Below are positions 36,521-44,781 of a DNA stretch of 45,156 nucleotides, one piece after another. Location of the stretch: NCBI GenBank assembly GCA_036676495.1, contig JAKFCT010000088.1, positions 1 through 45,156 on the forward strand, given 5' to 3'. Below the pieces are notes generated by a model. That model made no database searches. It had not been told where the DNA came from and saw nothing but the letters and a program-made list of their open reading frames with translations. The translations under genes were made by a program, and so were the position numbers. How positions within the stretch are numbered: position 1 is the stretch's first letter; every line of letters starts with the position of its first letter. The stretch comes from Candidatus Sericytochromatia bacterium. GTDB lineage: Bacteria; Cyanobacteriota; Sericytochromatia; S15B-MN24; UBA4093.

Positions 36521-37279
36521 TCAGGCCCAGACGGCGACGCCGACGTTCCAGTTCTCGTGGGCCATGTAGCGGCGCAGCTCGTCCCGGGTGATCTCGAGGC
36601 TGCCGGCCTTGGAGAGGGGATCGTTGATCCAGACGCGATCGCCGACCATGTGCGTGACCGTGATGAAGTGGCCGCCGTTGAAGCTGGTGAGCTGGTCTTC
36701 CCGGAAGCGATGGCCATAGGCCGCGGGGTTGCCGGCGAGCACGACGAGCTTGCCCTCGGCGATCGCCCGCTCGACGTTCGCCAGTCCGTAGACCTTCTGG
36801 GCCTGAGCCCCCGAGGCCAGGGCCCCACGCAGGACGTCGTCATCCGAAGAGAGCTGCAGATCGTTTTCGGTGCCCATCATGGCCCGCCGGGTCTTGTCGA
36901 TGAACGCTTCCACGTTGCGAGGATCGCTCACGCCCGGAGGCGTGAGGCCGAAGGCCTTGAGGGCCATGGTCAAGCTGGCGGGGCCGCAGTTCGTGGATCC
37001 CTCGGGCCCCTGGGGGTTCCAGCGGGGATGGTAGAACTGGGTGACGAAGTAAGCATTGGGATCCGAGGGAGGCCGGCGCAGGGGAGGCGCGTTGAAAAGT
37101 CCAGACGTGCGGACGAACTGATCCTGGCCCAGCGGAGAGGTGGGTCTGGGGGGTGTTTGCGGCGCGAGCCAGCTGGGGATCGAGGCCGTGGAGGCCGATC
37201 CGCCCGAGCGAGCGGGAGCCGCGCCCACCATGGCGTTCAGGCGCTGGAGAATGGTTTGGTAAGAGGTGACGGCGCTCAT
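36521..37279 (-). CDS. C39-like papain-fold cysteine peptidase with low-complexity N-terminus
   Basis: NCGPASLTMAL (Cys), GHFITV (His), WINDP (Asp); AAGGAG RBS. Confidence 0.85.
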   Translation of the reverse strand: MSAVTSYQTILQRLNAMVGAAPARSGGSASTASIPSWLAPQTPPRPTSPLGQDQFVRTSGLFNAPPLRRPPSDPNAYFVTQFYHPRWNPQGPEGSTNCGPASLTMALKAFGLTPPGVSDPRNVEAFIDKTRRAMMGTENDLQLSSDDDVLRGALASGAQAQKVYGLANVERAIAEGKLVVLAGNPAAYGHRFREDQLTSFNGGHFITVTHMVGDRVWINDPLSKAGSLEITRDELRRYMAHENWNVGVAVWA

Positions 37280-37286
37280 GCGGGCT

Positions 37287-37359
37287 CCTTCGGGGCCGGA
37301 ATTCCCCCTCGATCGGGCTTGCGCCCTTACCTGGGTTATCCCGCCTTCGGGGCCGGAAT
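37287..37359. repeat. 16-bp direct repeat, two copies
   Basis: CCTTCGGGGCCGGAAT at 37287 and 37344. Confidence 0.85.
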
Positions 37360-37404
37360 CGGTAAAGCGAGCCTAAAGCTTGAACTAAGAAACGGAGAAA
37401 AGGT

Positions 37405-37432
37405 AAACCCCCGGCGGCGCCGCCGGGGGTTT
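37405..37432. terminator. Palindromic terminator
   Basis: AAACCCCCGGCGGCGCCGCCGGGGGTTT with T-rich flanks on both strands. Confidence 0.7.
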
Positions 37433-37584
37433 GGTTTTCATACGATCATCATACGTCTGGAGAACTTCTTGGGCACCAGCCATCCGCACGAGATCATGGC
37501 CAAAATTTTGGAGGTTTTGCCCTTGATCGCAAGGCCGAGCGCTACCACCGGGCTGCTAGCGGTCCTTTCGGGGGGACGCAGGCG

Positions 37585-39045
37585 CTAGAGCGCGCCCTTC
37601 AGGCTGTTGACGGCCCCGATGAAGGTATTCCAGCCGTTCAAGCCGCCGTTCACGGCCCGACGGACGGCCTGCCAGTCGCCGCGGTCGGCCATGGCGGCGA
37701 TGCCGCGACGCTCGAAGTACTCGGCGAGCACTTCCGCCGAGACATGCGGGTCGAGGGCGAGATCGGGGTTGGCGACCAGGTTGACGCCGAGCGCCTTGCC
37801 GTAGGTATCGTAGTTGGCGCGGCCGGTGAGCTGGATGAACCCACGGCCCTTGTAGCGGACGCCGTCGCCGCGCTGGGTGTTGCCCAGGTCGCTGCGGCCT
37901 TCGTAGGCGGCGCCGGAGGCGTACTCGGGGATGGGCTTGAAGGATCCGACTTCCACCTTGATGGTGGCCAGGACGGCGATCACGGCATTGGTCGAAGTGA
38001 TGCCCCGCTTCTTCAGCGCCTGGGCGATTTCGGGCCAGTACTTCCGGACGTTCTCCACCGGAGCGCCGAGAGCGCGGGCGATCTGATCGGCGTTGAGCCC
38101 GAAGTTGAAGTCCACTGACGGAGGCGGCGACGACGGAGCCGAGGTGCTGGGGGCCTTGGCGCCGTTCGGCAGCTTGATCATGGTGCCAGGGATGATCACG
38201 TTGGGGTTCGAGCCGATGGCGTTCTGGTTGAGGTCGTAGATCTCGCGCCAGCGGCCGCCGTCTCCCAGGGTCGCCTGGGCGATCGACGAGAGCGTGTCGC
38301 CACTGCGCACCGTGTAGGTCTCGTAACCGGGGGCGGTCGGCTTGGGAGGCTCGGGCTTCGCGGGCTCCGGCTTGGGCTCCGGCTTGGGCTCGGGCTTGGG
38401 AGCCGGCTGAGCCGCAGGAGGCTGGGAGGTCTGCCAGTCGACATCCAGCGGCCCGTTGGGAGTGGAGCCTTGCGGCTGGGGAGCGACGACCCAGTCCATG
38501 CCCAGCGGGTTCGACTGCGGAGGCTGGGCGGGAGCAGCCGGCTGAGGGTTCGGCGCCGGCTGGGCGGGAACGGTCGGCTGGATGGGAGCGGTCTGGACGG
38601 GGAGCGTCGAGGCGGGAGGGGTGACTCCCCGCGTGCGGGGAAGCTGGCCCGCGAAGACCGCCATCATCGTGGCGTACGCGGTCTGGTCGAAGGCGCCGGT
38701 AGCCGGCAGGCCGTACTCGAACTGGAAGTAGCGGACGGCCTCGATGGTGCCGTAGGCGTAAACGCCGTCAGCCTGGCCCGCGAGGTAACCCAGGGCGGCG
38801 AGGTGCGTCTGGAGGGCGGCGACCTCGGGACCGGTCTGGCCTCCGACGAAGTAGCCCCAGGCAGGCATCGGGAAGCCGTACGTCGCGCGCTGGATCTGGT
38901 CGACGGGCATGACGGGGGCCGAGACGGCCGGGGCGATGGGCAAGGCCGGGACGACCGGAACGGCCGGGGCCGGGGCGCCACCGTTCGACAGCACGTTCAG
39001 GCGCTGCAAGAATCCCTGGAAGGTGTTGGTTTGAGCTGCGTTCAT
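37585..39045 (-). CDS. PG-binding + LysM + GH19 lysozyme/chitinase-like hydrolase
   Basis: PG-binding GPEVAALQ...ADGVY...FQ...GLPATG; LysM YTVRSGDTLSSIA; GH19 YEGRSDLGN..GDG.RYKGRGFIQLTGRANY; GGAGG RBS before ATG 39045. Confidence 0.9.
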   Translation of the reverse strand: MNAAQTNTFQGFLQRLNVLSNGGAPAPAVPVVPALPIAPAVSAPVMPVDQIQRATYGFPMPAWGYFVGGQTGPEVAALQTHLAALGYLAGQADGVYAYGTIEAVRYFQFEYGLPATGAFDQTAYATMMAVFAGQLPRTRGVTPPASTLPVQTAPIQPTVPAQPAPNPQPAAPAQPPQSNPLGMDWVVAPQPQGSTPNGPLDVDWQTSQPPAAQPAPKPEPKPEPKPEPAKPEPPKPTAPGYETYTVRSGDTLSSIAQATLGDGGRWREIYDLNQNAIGSNPNVIIPGTMIKLPNGAKAPSTSAPSSPPPSVDFNFGLNADQIARALGAPVENVRKYWPEIAQALKKRGITSTNAVIAVLATIKVEVGSFKPIPEYASGAAYEGRSDLGNTQRGDGVRYKGRGFIQLTGRANYDTYGKALGVNLVANPDLALDPHVSAEVLAEYFERRGIAAMADRGDWQAVRRAVNGGLNGWNTFIGAVNSLKGAL

Positions 39046-39162
39046 TCCGGCCTCCATATGCCACTACATGTCTGTCGGCCGGCATGAACGAGATCCGATA
39101 AAGAGCCCTTTAAGGTTTTCTCAAGGTTGAACGATCGCAGCGTCTCGACCCGATGGAACGGC

Positions 39163-39702
39163 TTACTTCTCGGCGATCGCCTTGAGGCTCGCGAGGCCGG
39201 TCTCGAAGTCCTTGCCGATCATCGCGTCCATGTCCATGAAGACGCTCATGACCTTGGAGAGGAAAGGCTGGGGGCCGGACATGCGCCAGGTGAGCTTCTG
39301 GGCGTCACCCTCGGAGGCGAGCGTGAACTCCGTGACGTTGTGCGATTCGAAGGGCACGAGGAAATCCAGCTTGATCACGATCTTGGAGGGTGCGGTGGCC
39401 TCGATGATCTCCATGCGGCCCTTACCGGCCTTATCGTTGCCTTCCCAGGCGTAGACGGCGCCCGTACCGCTTAGCGCACCGTCATAGGTCCGCTTCATCG
39501 CAGGATCGAGCTTGTCCCAGGGGGACCAGGCTTCCCACTGGTGGAAGTCGGAGATCAGCGCGTAGAGGGTCTCCGGGGCGGCCTTGATCGTGGCCGAGCG
39601 TTCGACCGCGAAGGTGTCGGGCTTGGTCGCGGCGAGACCCAGGACGCCGACGACGATCACGGCGAGGACGGCGGCGACGGAGAGTAGAAGTTTCTTGATC
39701 AT
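39163..39702 (-). CDS. SRPBCC (polyketide cyclase-like) protein with N-terminal membrane anchor
   Basis: PDTFAVERS, WEAWSPW, YAWEGNDKAGKGRMEI, IGKDFETGL motifs. Confidence 0.9.
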   Translation of the reverse strand: MIKKLLLSVAAVLAVIVVGVLGLAATKPDTFAVERSATIKAAPETLYALISDFHQWEAWSPWDKLDPAMKRTYDGALSGTGAVYAWEGNDKAGKGRMEIIEATAPSKIVIKLDFLVPFESHNVTEFTLASEGDAQKLTWRMSGPQPFLSKVMSVFMDMDAMIGKDFETGLASLKAIAEK

Positions 39703-39884
39703 GGGACCTTCCTTTTCGAGGGAGCAGTGGAAGTGAGGCCCCCCCAGCCTACCCCGGCCAAGGTGCAGCCTACCGTGATCCCGGTAACTCCCCGGGGCCG
39801 GTGAGGCGGGCGTGTCATCCCCGGACCGAACACTCCGTTTCCCGACACGCGAGTCCGGCTTGCACGAGACGTCGCTCGCCCTGA

Positions 39885-39925
39885 CTTCATCGTTTGTTAC
39901 CCTCACCTTAACCTCAGGATAAGTC
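39885..39925 (+). promoter_or_regulatory. 11-bp-phased pho-box-like repeats
   Basis: CTTCATCG-3nt-GTTACCCT-3nt-CTTAACCT-3nt-GATAAGTC. Confidence 0.5.
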
Positions 39926-40002
39926 AGCCCCCCTGACATGGAGACGACAACATCCCTCAGCGACTGACGTTGAAAGCACCCATCGAAAGACGAGGAGGGA
40001 GC

Positions 40003-41484
40003 ATGCCCACGCCCATCGACCGCCAGACCCTTAGCGAGTTCACCCGACGGATCGACCGAAACCGCGACACCCTGATCGATCGTACGGAAGCCGAGATCCT
40101 GGGCTCTGTCGGGAACCGCAACGGATCCAACGGTACCCGCGAGACGGCGGACGCCCTCGCGAATGGCGACGCTGCCCTCAGCGGCTTCCGGCTGGGCGCC
40201 TCGGACGCGGATGCACTGGCCGATCGCCTCGCCGGCGGCGACTCCTGGGTCTCCAAGGAAGATCTCAGCCTCACGGATGGCGCGCGCGATCGGATCGACG
40301 GCCTGGCAGGCGGTGCGTACGACGGGAAGATCTCCAAGAAGGAGCTCTCGGCGGGCTTGCAGCAAGGCGGTCTCGCCCTGACCGGTGATGGGATCATGCT
40401 CTCCCGCGAAGCCGAGAGCCGCTTCTCCTCGCGCCCGACTCCTCCTGGCGGTTCGGATCGTCCGACTCCTCCCAGTGGTTCGGATCGCCCCACGCCTCCC
40501 GGCGGTTCGGATCGTCCCACGCCTCCCAGCGGTTCGGATCGCCCCACGCCTCCCGGCGGCTCGGATCGTCCCACTCCTCCCAGTGGCTCCGATCGCCCCA
40601 CTCCTCCGGGCGGTTCGACGGGCCCGGTGCCCCCGCATGTGCCCCGCTACTATTGGCAGCCCCAGATGCCGGTCATCCTTCCCAACGATCCCCGGCCCGT
40701 GCCCAAGATCGCCTTGCCCCCCGAGCCGGCTCCGGCCCACAAGGTCGAGCTCAGCGAGGTCAAGGGCGACGTGATCGATCTCCTGGCGGGCTACGACCGG
40801 CTGCGCACCAAGAAGAAAACCCTCTTCATCACCCACCACCCCGAGATCACGGCCTCCGAGGCCAAGGACAAGCTGGGCAAGGGCGAAACCATCTACCTGG
40901 CCCCCGATGGCGGCGTGAACAAGACCAGCGCCTACAAGCCCATCAAATCCGCCCAGGAGCTCGAGCCGCTGTTTTCCCAGGTGAAGGAGCAGAAGCGCGG
41001 GGACATGCAGGCCGTCGAGAACTCGGCATACCAGGCCCGCGTGCGCGACTGGACCGAGCGCGACATCCGCAACCGGATCTCCAACCTGCCGGCCTTCAAC
41101 TCGATCTACAACACCGATCGCCTCGCGCTCAACAACCTGCTGGTCACCGAAGGCGGCCGCTCCTTCAACCGCAACATGATCACCGCCATGAACGTCTACA
41201 ACCAGGCCGACACGCAGCGCGAGATCGCCCGCCGGTGGCATGAGAACCCCGAGATGAGCACCAAGGACTTCAACCGGATGGCCAATTCGGTGATCTCCAG
41301 CAAGGTCTCCAACCTCTACTGGCAGGCGGACTACATGGGCGATCCCGAGGCCTACCTGGGCCGCGTCCCGGTCCCCGGCCTGCGCTACCCCGACACCCAG
41401 GAGGACGTCGATTACAACGTCCAGGTGATCCGCCGGGTCTCGCAGGAGCTGCCGCACCTGCTGAACTCCGCGGTCAACCCGTAA
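40003..41484 (+). CDS. Hypothetical protein: EF-hand-like N-domain, Pro-rich repeat linker, unknown C-domain
   Basis: GAGGAGG RBS; DRNRDTLIDRTE and YDGKISKKEL loops; strongly biased codon usage. Confidence 0.75.
   Translation: MPTPIDRQTLSEFTRRIDRNRDTLIDRTEAEILGSVGNRNGSNGTRETADALANGDAALSGFRLGASDADALADRLAGGDSWVSKEDLSLTDGARDRIDGLAGGAYDGKISKKELSAGLQQGGLALTGDGIMLSREAESRFSSRPTPPGGSDRPTPPSGSDRPTPPGGSDRPTPPSGSDRPTPPGGSDRPTPPSGSDRPTPPGGSTGPVPPHVPRYYWQPQMPVILPNDPRPVPKIALPPEPAPAHKVELSEVKGDVIDLLAGYDRLRTKKKTLFITHHPEITASEAKDKLGKGETIYLAPDGGVNKTSAYKPIKSAQELEPLFSQVKEQKRGDMQAVENSAYQARVRDWTERDIRNRISNLPAFNSIYNTDRLALNNLLVTEGGRSFNRNMITAMNVYNQADTQREIARRWHENPEMSTKDFNRMANSVISSKVSNLYWQADYMGDPEAYLGRVPVPGLRYPDTQEDVDYNVQVIRRVSQELPHLLNSAVNP
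40432..40620 (+). repeat. 27-bp tandem repeat x7 encoding RPTPP(G/S)GSD
   Basis: Seven 9-aa units with strict G/S alternation. Confidence 0.95.
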
Positions 41485-41491
41485 GCCAAGC

Positions 41492-41527
41492 CGAACGGCC
41501 CGTCTCCGGTGGGAGACGGGCCGTTCG
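41492..41527. terminator. Hairpin between convergent genes
   Basis: CGAACGGCCCGTCTCC-GGTG-GGAGACGGGCCGTTCG. Confidence 0.75.
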
Positions 41528-41546
41528 CGGTCAGCGGAATTTACGG

Positions 41547-42299
41547 TTAAAGGTGGTTCTCGGGGGGCGCCGGCGGGGTCAGGATGGCCTGAAGCTGCTT
41601 GACGGCGCGCTTGAGGCGGCGGCAAATCTCCATCTGGGAGACTCCCAGGCGCCGGGCCACCTCGGCCTGGGTCATGTCCTGGAAGTAGCGCATCTCGAGC
41701 AGTTCCTGCTGCGGCTTGGACAGGCGCGAGATGGCTTCCTTGAGCAGGAGGCGCTCGTCGATGTCCACCTGTCCGTCGCGCGAGGAGCGCGGGTCCTGGA
41801 GGGTGTCCAGCAGGGTGCGGGAGTCGTCCTCGTCCTTGCGGCCCTCTTGATCCAGCCAGTAGACCGAGATCCGGGAGTCGTACTGACGGACTTCGTCGAT
41901 CAGCTTCTCGGAGATTTCCAGCACCGCGGCCAGCTCGGCGTGCGTGGGATCGCGGCCCAGCTGATGGGAGAGGTTGGCCGTGACCGTGGCGAGGCGATAC
42001 GAGAGCTCCTGGAGGGCCCGGGGGCCGCGCAGGAGGTTCTGGCGATCGCGCAGGTAGTGCCGGATATGACCCGTGATGTAGTGGACGGCGTAGGTCTTGA
42101 ACTCGGTATTATGGCCGATCTCGTAGCGGTCGATGGCTTCCAGGAGGCCGATCGAGCCTACCTGGATCAGATCCTCGACCGGATCGGTGCTCCGCCGGGC
42201 CAGACCGCGCGCGATCTTCTTGACCAGGGGCATGAACTCGAGCACGAGCTGCTCGCGCTCCTTGGGCGTAAGGTTCCACTTTCGGGTGGTGCGTTCCAA
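41547..42299 (-). CDS. SigB/SigF/SigG-family RNA polymerase sigma factor
   Basis: EDLIQVGSIGLLEAIDRY, FKTYA..YITGHIRHYLRD, region 4 MTQAEVARRLGVSQM; TTG start with GGAGG RBS. Confidence 0.92.
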   Translation of the reverse strand: MERTTRKWNLTPKEREQLVLEFMPLVKKIARGLARRSTDPVEDLIQVGSIGLLEAIDRYEIGHNTEFKTYAVHYITGHIRHYLRDRQNLLRGPRALQELSYRLATVTANLSHQLGRDPTHAELAAVLEISEKLIDEVRQYDSRISVYWLDQEGRKDEDDSRTLLDTLQDPRSSRDGQVDIDERLLLKEAISRLSKPQQELLEMRYFQDMTQAEVARRLGVSQMEICRRLKRAVKQLQAILTPPAPPENHL

Positions 42300-42447
42300 G
42301 GCGAACCTCCGGGGCGCTCAAGGGGGGATTGCAGGGTCACTCCTGCTGAACCGATCCATTTCAAGACTCGGACGCGAAATTCCGCGTCGTTTCCGCGAAA
42401 CGGATCCCAGACGCTCGCCTTAGGTGCGGGCGCTCTGCTTACTGGGA

Positions 42448-42456
42448 ATTATAACA
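42448..42456 (-). promoter_or_regulatory. Extended -10 promoter element for the sigma factor gene
   Basis: TGTTATAAT on the minus strand in an AT-rich intergenic region. Confidence 0.6.
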
Positions 42457-42605
42457 GAATTGACGCTTCGGGACGGAGATCTCGCCGTATCGATTTGTTA
42501 ATATGCTGTCAAAACGCTTTAAATCACGGCCGAAATGGGTAATAAACCCCTGGAACCCTGACTTTTATGCAAGCAAGGGTTTTCCGCGCCGAATTAGGCG
42601 TCCAA

Positions 42606-44120
42606 TTATTTTCCCACGCAGAAGTTAGCGAAGATGTGATCGATGACCTCCTCTTTGAGGTCCTCGCCGGTGATCTCGCCCAGGGCAGAGACGGCGGCCT
42701 TGAGATCGATCGCCACGAAATCCGCCGGCATGGCTTGGCCCGCGGTCTCCATGGCGCGCTCCAGGCTGGCGTCGGCCGTGCGCAGGGCCGCCTCGTGGCG
42801 GGCGTTGATCGCCACCCCGGCCACCGTGGAGACCTCGCCTCCGAGGGCGAGCTCGAGGACGGCCTGCTCGAGATCCTCGAGCCCCTGGCCGAACTTGGCC
42901 GAGACCGCCACGATCGGCAGGCCGTGGGCGTCGGGGCGGACGGCGGCGATCGCCCCCCGCAGATCCTCCACCGCGTCGACCTTGTTGAGCACGATCAAGC
43001 TGGGATGCTGGGAGGCCGCCTCCAGCACCACCCGATCCGCGGGCGTCAGGGGCTGGGAGCCATCCAGGACCACCAGGCGCAGATCGGCCATGGTGAGCGC
43101 CCGGCGCGAGCGCTCGATCCCGATGGCCTCCACCTGATCGGCGGCATCCCCGCGGATGCCTGCCGTGTCGATCACCCGGAAGCAGGCTCCGCGGATGGCC
43201 AGGGTCTCCTCGATCACGTCCCGGGTGGTGCCGGGGATATCCGTCACGATGGCGCGGTCCGCCCGCAGGAGGGCGTTGAGCAGGCGGCTCTTGCCCACGT
43301 TGGGACGTCCCACGATGGCGAGGGAAACCCCTTCGCGCAGCAGCTTGCCGTGGGCGGCCGTGCCGAGCAGATCGGCGAGATCGGAGCGGATCCGGCCGAG
43401 GGCCCGGGAAAGCTCTCCCGGGGCCATCTCGTCGATCTCGTCGGGGAAGTCGATGCTGGCTTCCAGCTGGCTGAGGACGTGCTTGACCTGATCGCGGATC
43501 CGGCGGGTGATGTCCGAGAGCTGGCCCTCCAGCTGGGAGATCGCCGCCTGCAGGCTCTTCTCGGTCTTCGCCGAGGTCACGTCGCAAATGGCCTCCGCCT
43601 GGGCCAGGTCGATCCGGCCGCCGAGGAAGGCGCGCTTGGTGAACTCGCCGGGCGCGGCCAGGCGCGCGCCTTCCATCAGGCAGAGCTTGAGGATCTTCTG
43701 GACGCCCGCGATGCTCGCATGGCACTGGAACTCCACGACGTCCTCGGTGGTGTAGGAATGTGGGGCCCGGAAGACCAGCATCACCGTCTCATCGACGGGA
43801 GCGGCCTCGGGAGGGGCGCCGGAGGCGCCCGGCAGCGCGGCGTCCGGGGCGCCTCCGGCGGGATCGACGATCCAGCCGTAGAGGAACTGCTTGCCGGGGC
43901 GCTCGGCGAGGGGGGGATCCAGGCGTTCGAGATCCGGGTTGCGGAAGAGCCGATCGGCGATGGCGATCGCCTCGGGGCCGCTCACCCGGATGACGGCGAC
44001 GCCACCGGACCCCACCGGGGTCGCGATGGCGGCGATGGTCTCGTCGAAGGGCGTGCCGGCCTGGGGGCCGGCGCTGCCGAAACGCTGGGAACGGCCCTCA
44101 GGCCTGGGACTGGGGCTCAT
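42606..44120 (-). CDS. mnmE: tRNA modification GTPase MnmE
   Basis: ETIAAIATP, GRPNVGKS, GTTRD, DTAG, NKVD motifs and C-terminal FCVGK. Confidence 0.97.
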   Translation of the reverse strand: MSPSPRPEGRSQRFGSAGPQAGTPFDETIAAIATPVGSGGVAVIRVSGPEAIAIADRLFRNPDLERLDPPLAERPGKQFLYGWIVDPAGGAPDAALPGASGAPPEAAPVDETVMLVFRAPHSYTTEDVVEFQCHASIAGVQKILKLCLMEGARLAAPGEFTKRAFLGGRIDLAQAEAICDVTSAKTEKSLQAAISQLEGQLSDITRRIRDQVKHVLSQLEASIDFPDEIDEMAPGELSRALGRIRSDLADLLGTAAHGKLLREGVSLAIVGRPNVGKSRLLNALLRADRAIVTDIPGTTRDVIEETLAIRGACFRVIDTAGIRGDAADQVEAIGIERSRRALTMADLRLVVLDGSQPLTPADRVVLEAASQHPSLIVLNKVDAVEDLRGAIAAVRPDAHGLPIVAVSAKFGQGLEDLEQAVLELALGGEVSTVAGVAINARHEAALRTADASLERAMETAGQAMPADFVAIDLKAAVSALGEITGEDLKEEVIDHIFANFCVGK

Positions 44121-44124
44121 ACGG

Positions 44125-44778
44125 CTACGGCGCGGGGGGCATGGCCCGATCGCGATCGGGCCGGTAGCCGGGGCGGCGTCCGCGGCCGCGCTTGGGCGAG
44201 ATGACCACGAAGCGGTTGGGGTCTTCGCCCTGCGAGCCGGTCTCGAGGTCCGCGTAGTCCAGGAGGGCGTTGTGGACGATCCGGCGATCGCTCGCGCTCA
44301 TGGGCGGGAGGCGGAACGGGCGGCCGTTCATCCGGACCCGCTCGGCGGCCTCATGGGCCTGGGAGACCAGCTTGGCCTCGTGGCGCTCGCGGTAGCCCTG
44401 GATGTCGACGATCATGCGCTTGCCGACGGCCTGGCCGAAGGCGGCGTTCAGGAGGTACTGGATGGCGTCGAGGGTATGACCCTTGCGCCCGATGATCATC
44501 CCGGCGTCCTCGTCGGTCTCGAGGTCGAGCGTGACCGCGTCCTCGTCGAGGTAGGCCACGGCTTCGCAGGGGACGCCCATGGCGTCGAGCAGGTCCTCGA
44601 GCCAGTCGAGGGCGTCGTCGATGGGGTTGGGCAGCACCGAGACCCGGATGGTGATGGTCTCGCCGGGGATCTCCGCGAGGACCTCGATCTCCACCTCGTC
44701 CTCGTGCCGATCCAGCTTTTCAAGGGCTTCGGCGACCGCGTCGTCGTAGGTCTTGGCGGTAAGCTCTAGTTGCTCCAC
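44125..44778 (-). CDS. jag: Jag/KhpB (EloR) RNA-binding protein, KH + R3H
   Basis: IIGRKGHTLDAIQYL (KH) and SASDRRIVH (R3H); position between yidC and mnmE. Confidence 0.93.
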   Translation of the reverse strand: MEQLELTAKTYDDAVAEALEKLDRHEDEVEIEVLAEIPGETITIRVSVLPNPIDDALDWLEDLLDAMGVPCEAVAYLDEDAVTLDLETDEDAGMIIGRKGHTLDAIQYLLNAAFGQAVGKRMIVDIQGYRERHEAKLVSQAHEAAERVRMNGRPFRLPPMSASDRRIVHNALLDYADLETGSQGEDPNRFVVISPKRGRGRRPGYRPDRDRAMPPAP

Positions 44779-44781
44779 GTT

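Noticed and set aside
36521-37279. Bacteriocin/RiPP cluster suggested by the C39 domain
   Set aside because: No ABC transporter fusion, double-glycine precursor or modifying enzymes in the window
37435-37588. c-di-GMP-I riboswitch or small toxin ORF after the GH19 gene
   Set aside because: GGCAAA and GGGACGCA fragments lie on opposite strands, and the 23-codon plus-strand ORF after GGAGG lacks a convincing transmembrane helix
37585-39045. Prophage endolysin interpretation of the GH19 protein
   Set aside because: No holin, structural, integrase or terminase genes nearby, and codon usage is host-like
39060-39115. Sigma-28 promoter upstream of the GH19 gene (TAAAG...GCCGACA)
   Set aside because: Spacing between the elements is far longer than the expected 15 or so nt
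40432-40620. Possible CRISPR array
   Set aside because: Repeats are contiguous, lack unique spacers, vary at synonymous positions and lie in frame; no cas genes are present
39703-41625. Apparent 820-aa fusion ending in the SRPBCC domain
   Set aside because: The upstream part is the antisense of the 40003-41484 gene; the real start is ATG 39702 with an AAGGAAGG RBS
42300-42605. AT-rich region as oriC
   Set aside because: No clear TT(A/T)TNCACA DnaA boxes found by eye; promoter elements explain the composition
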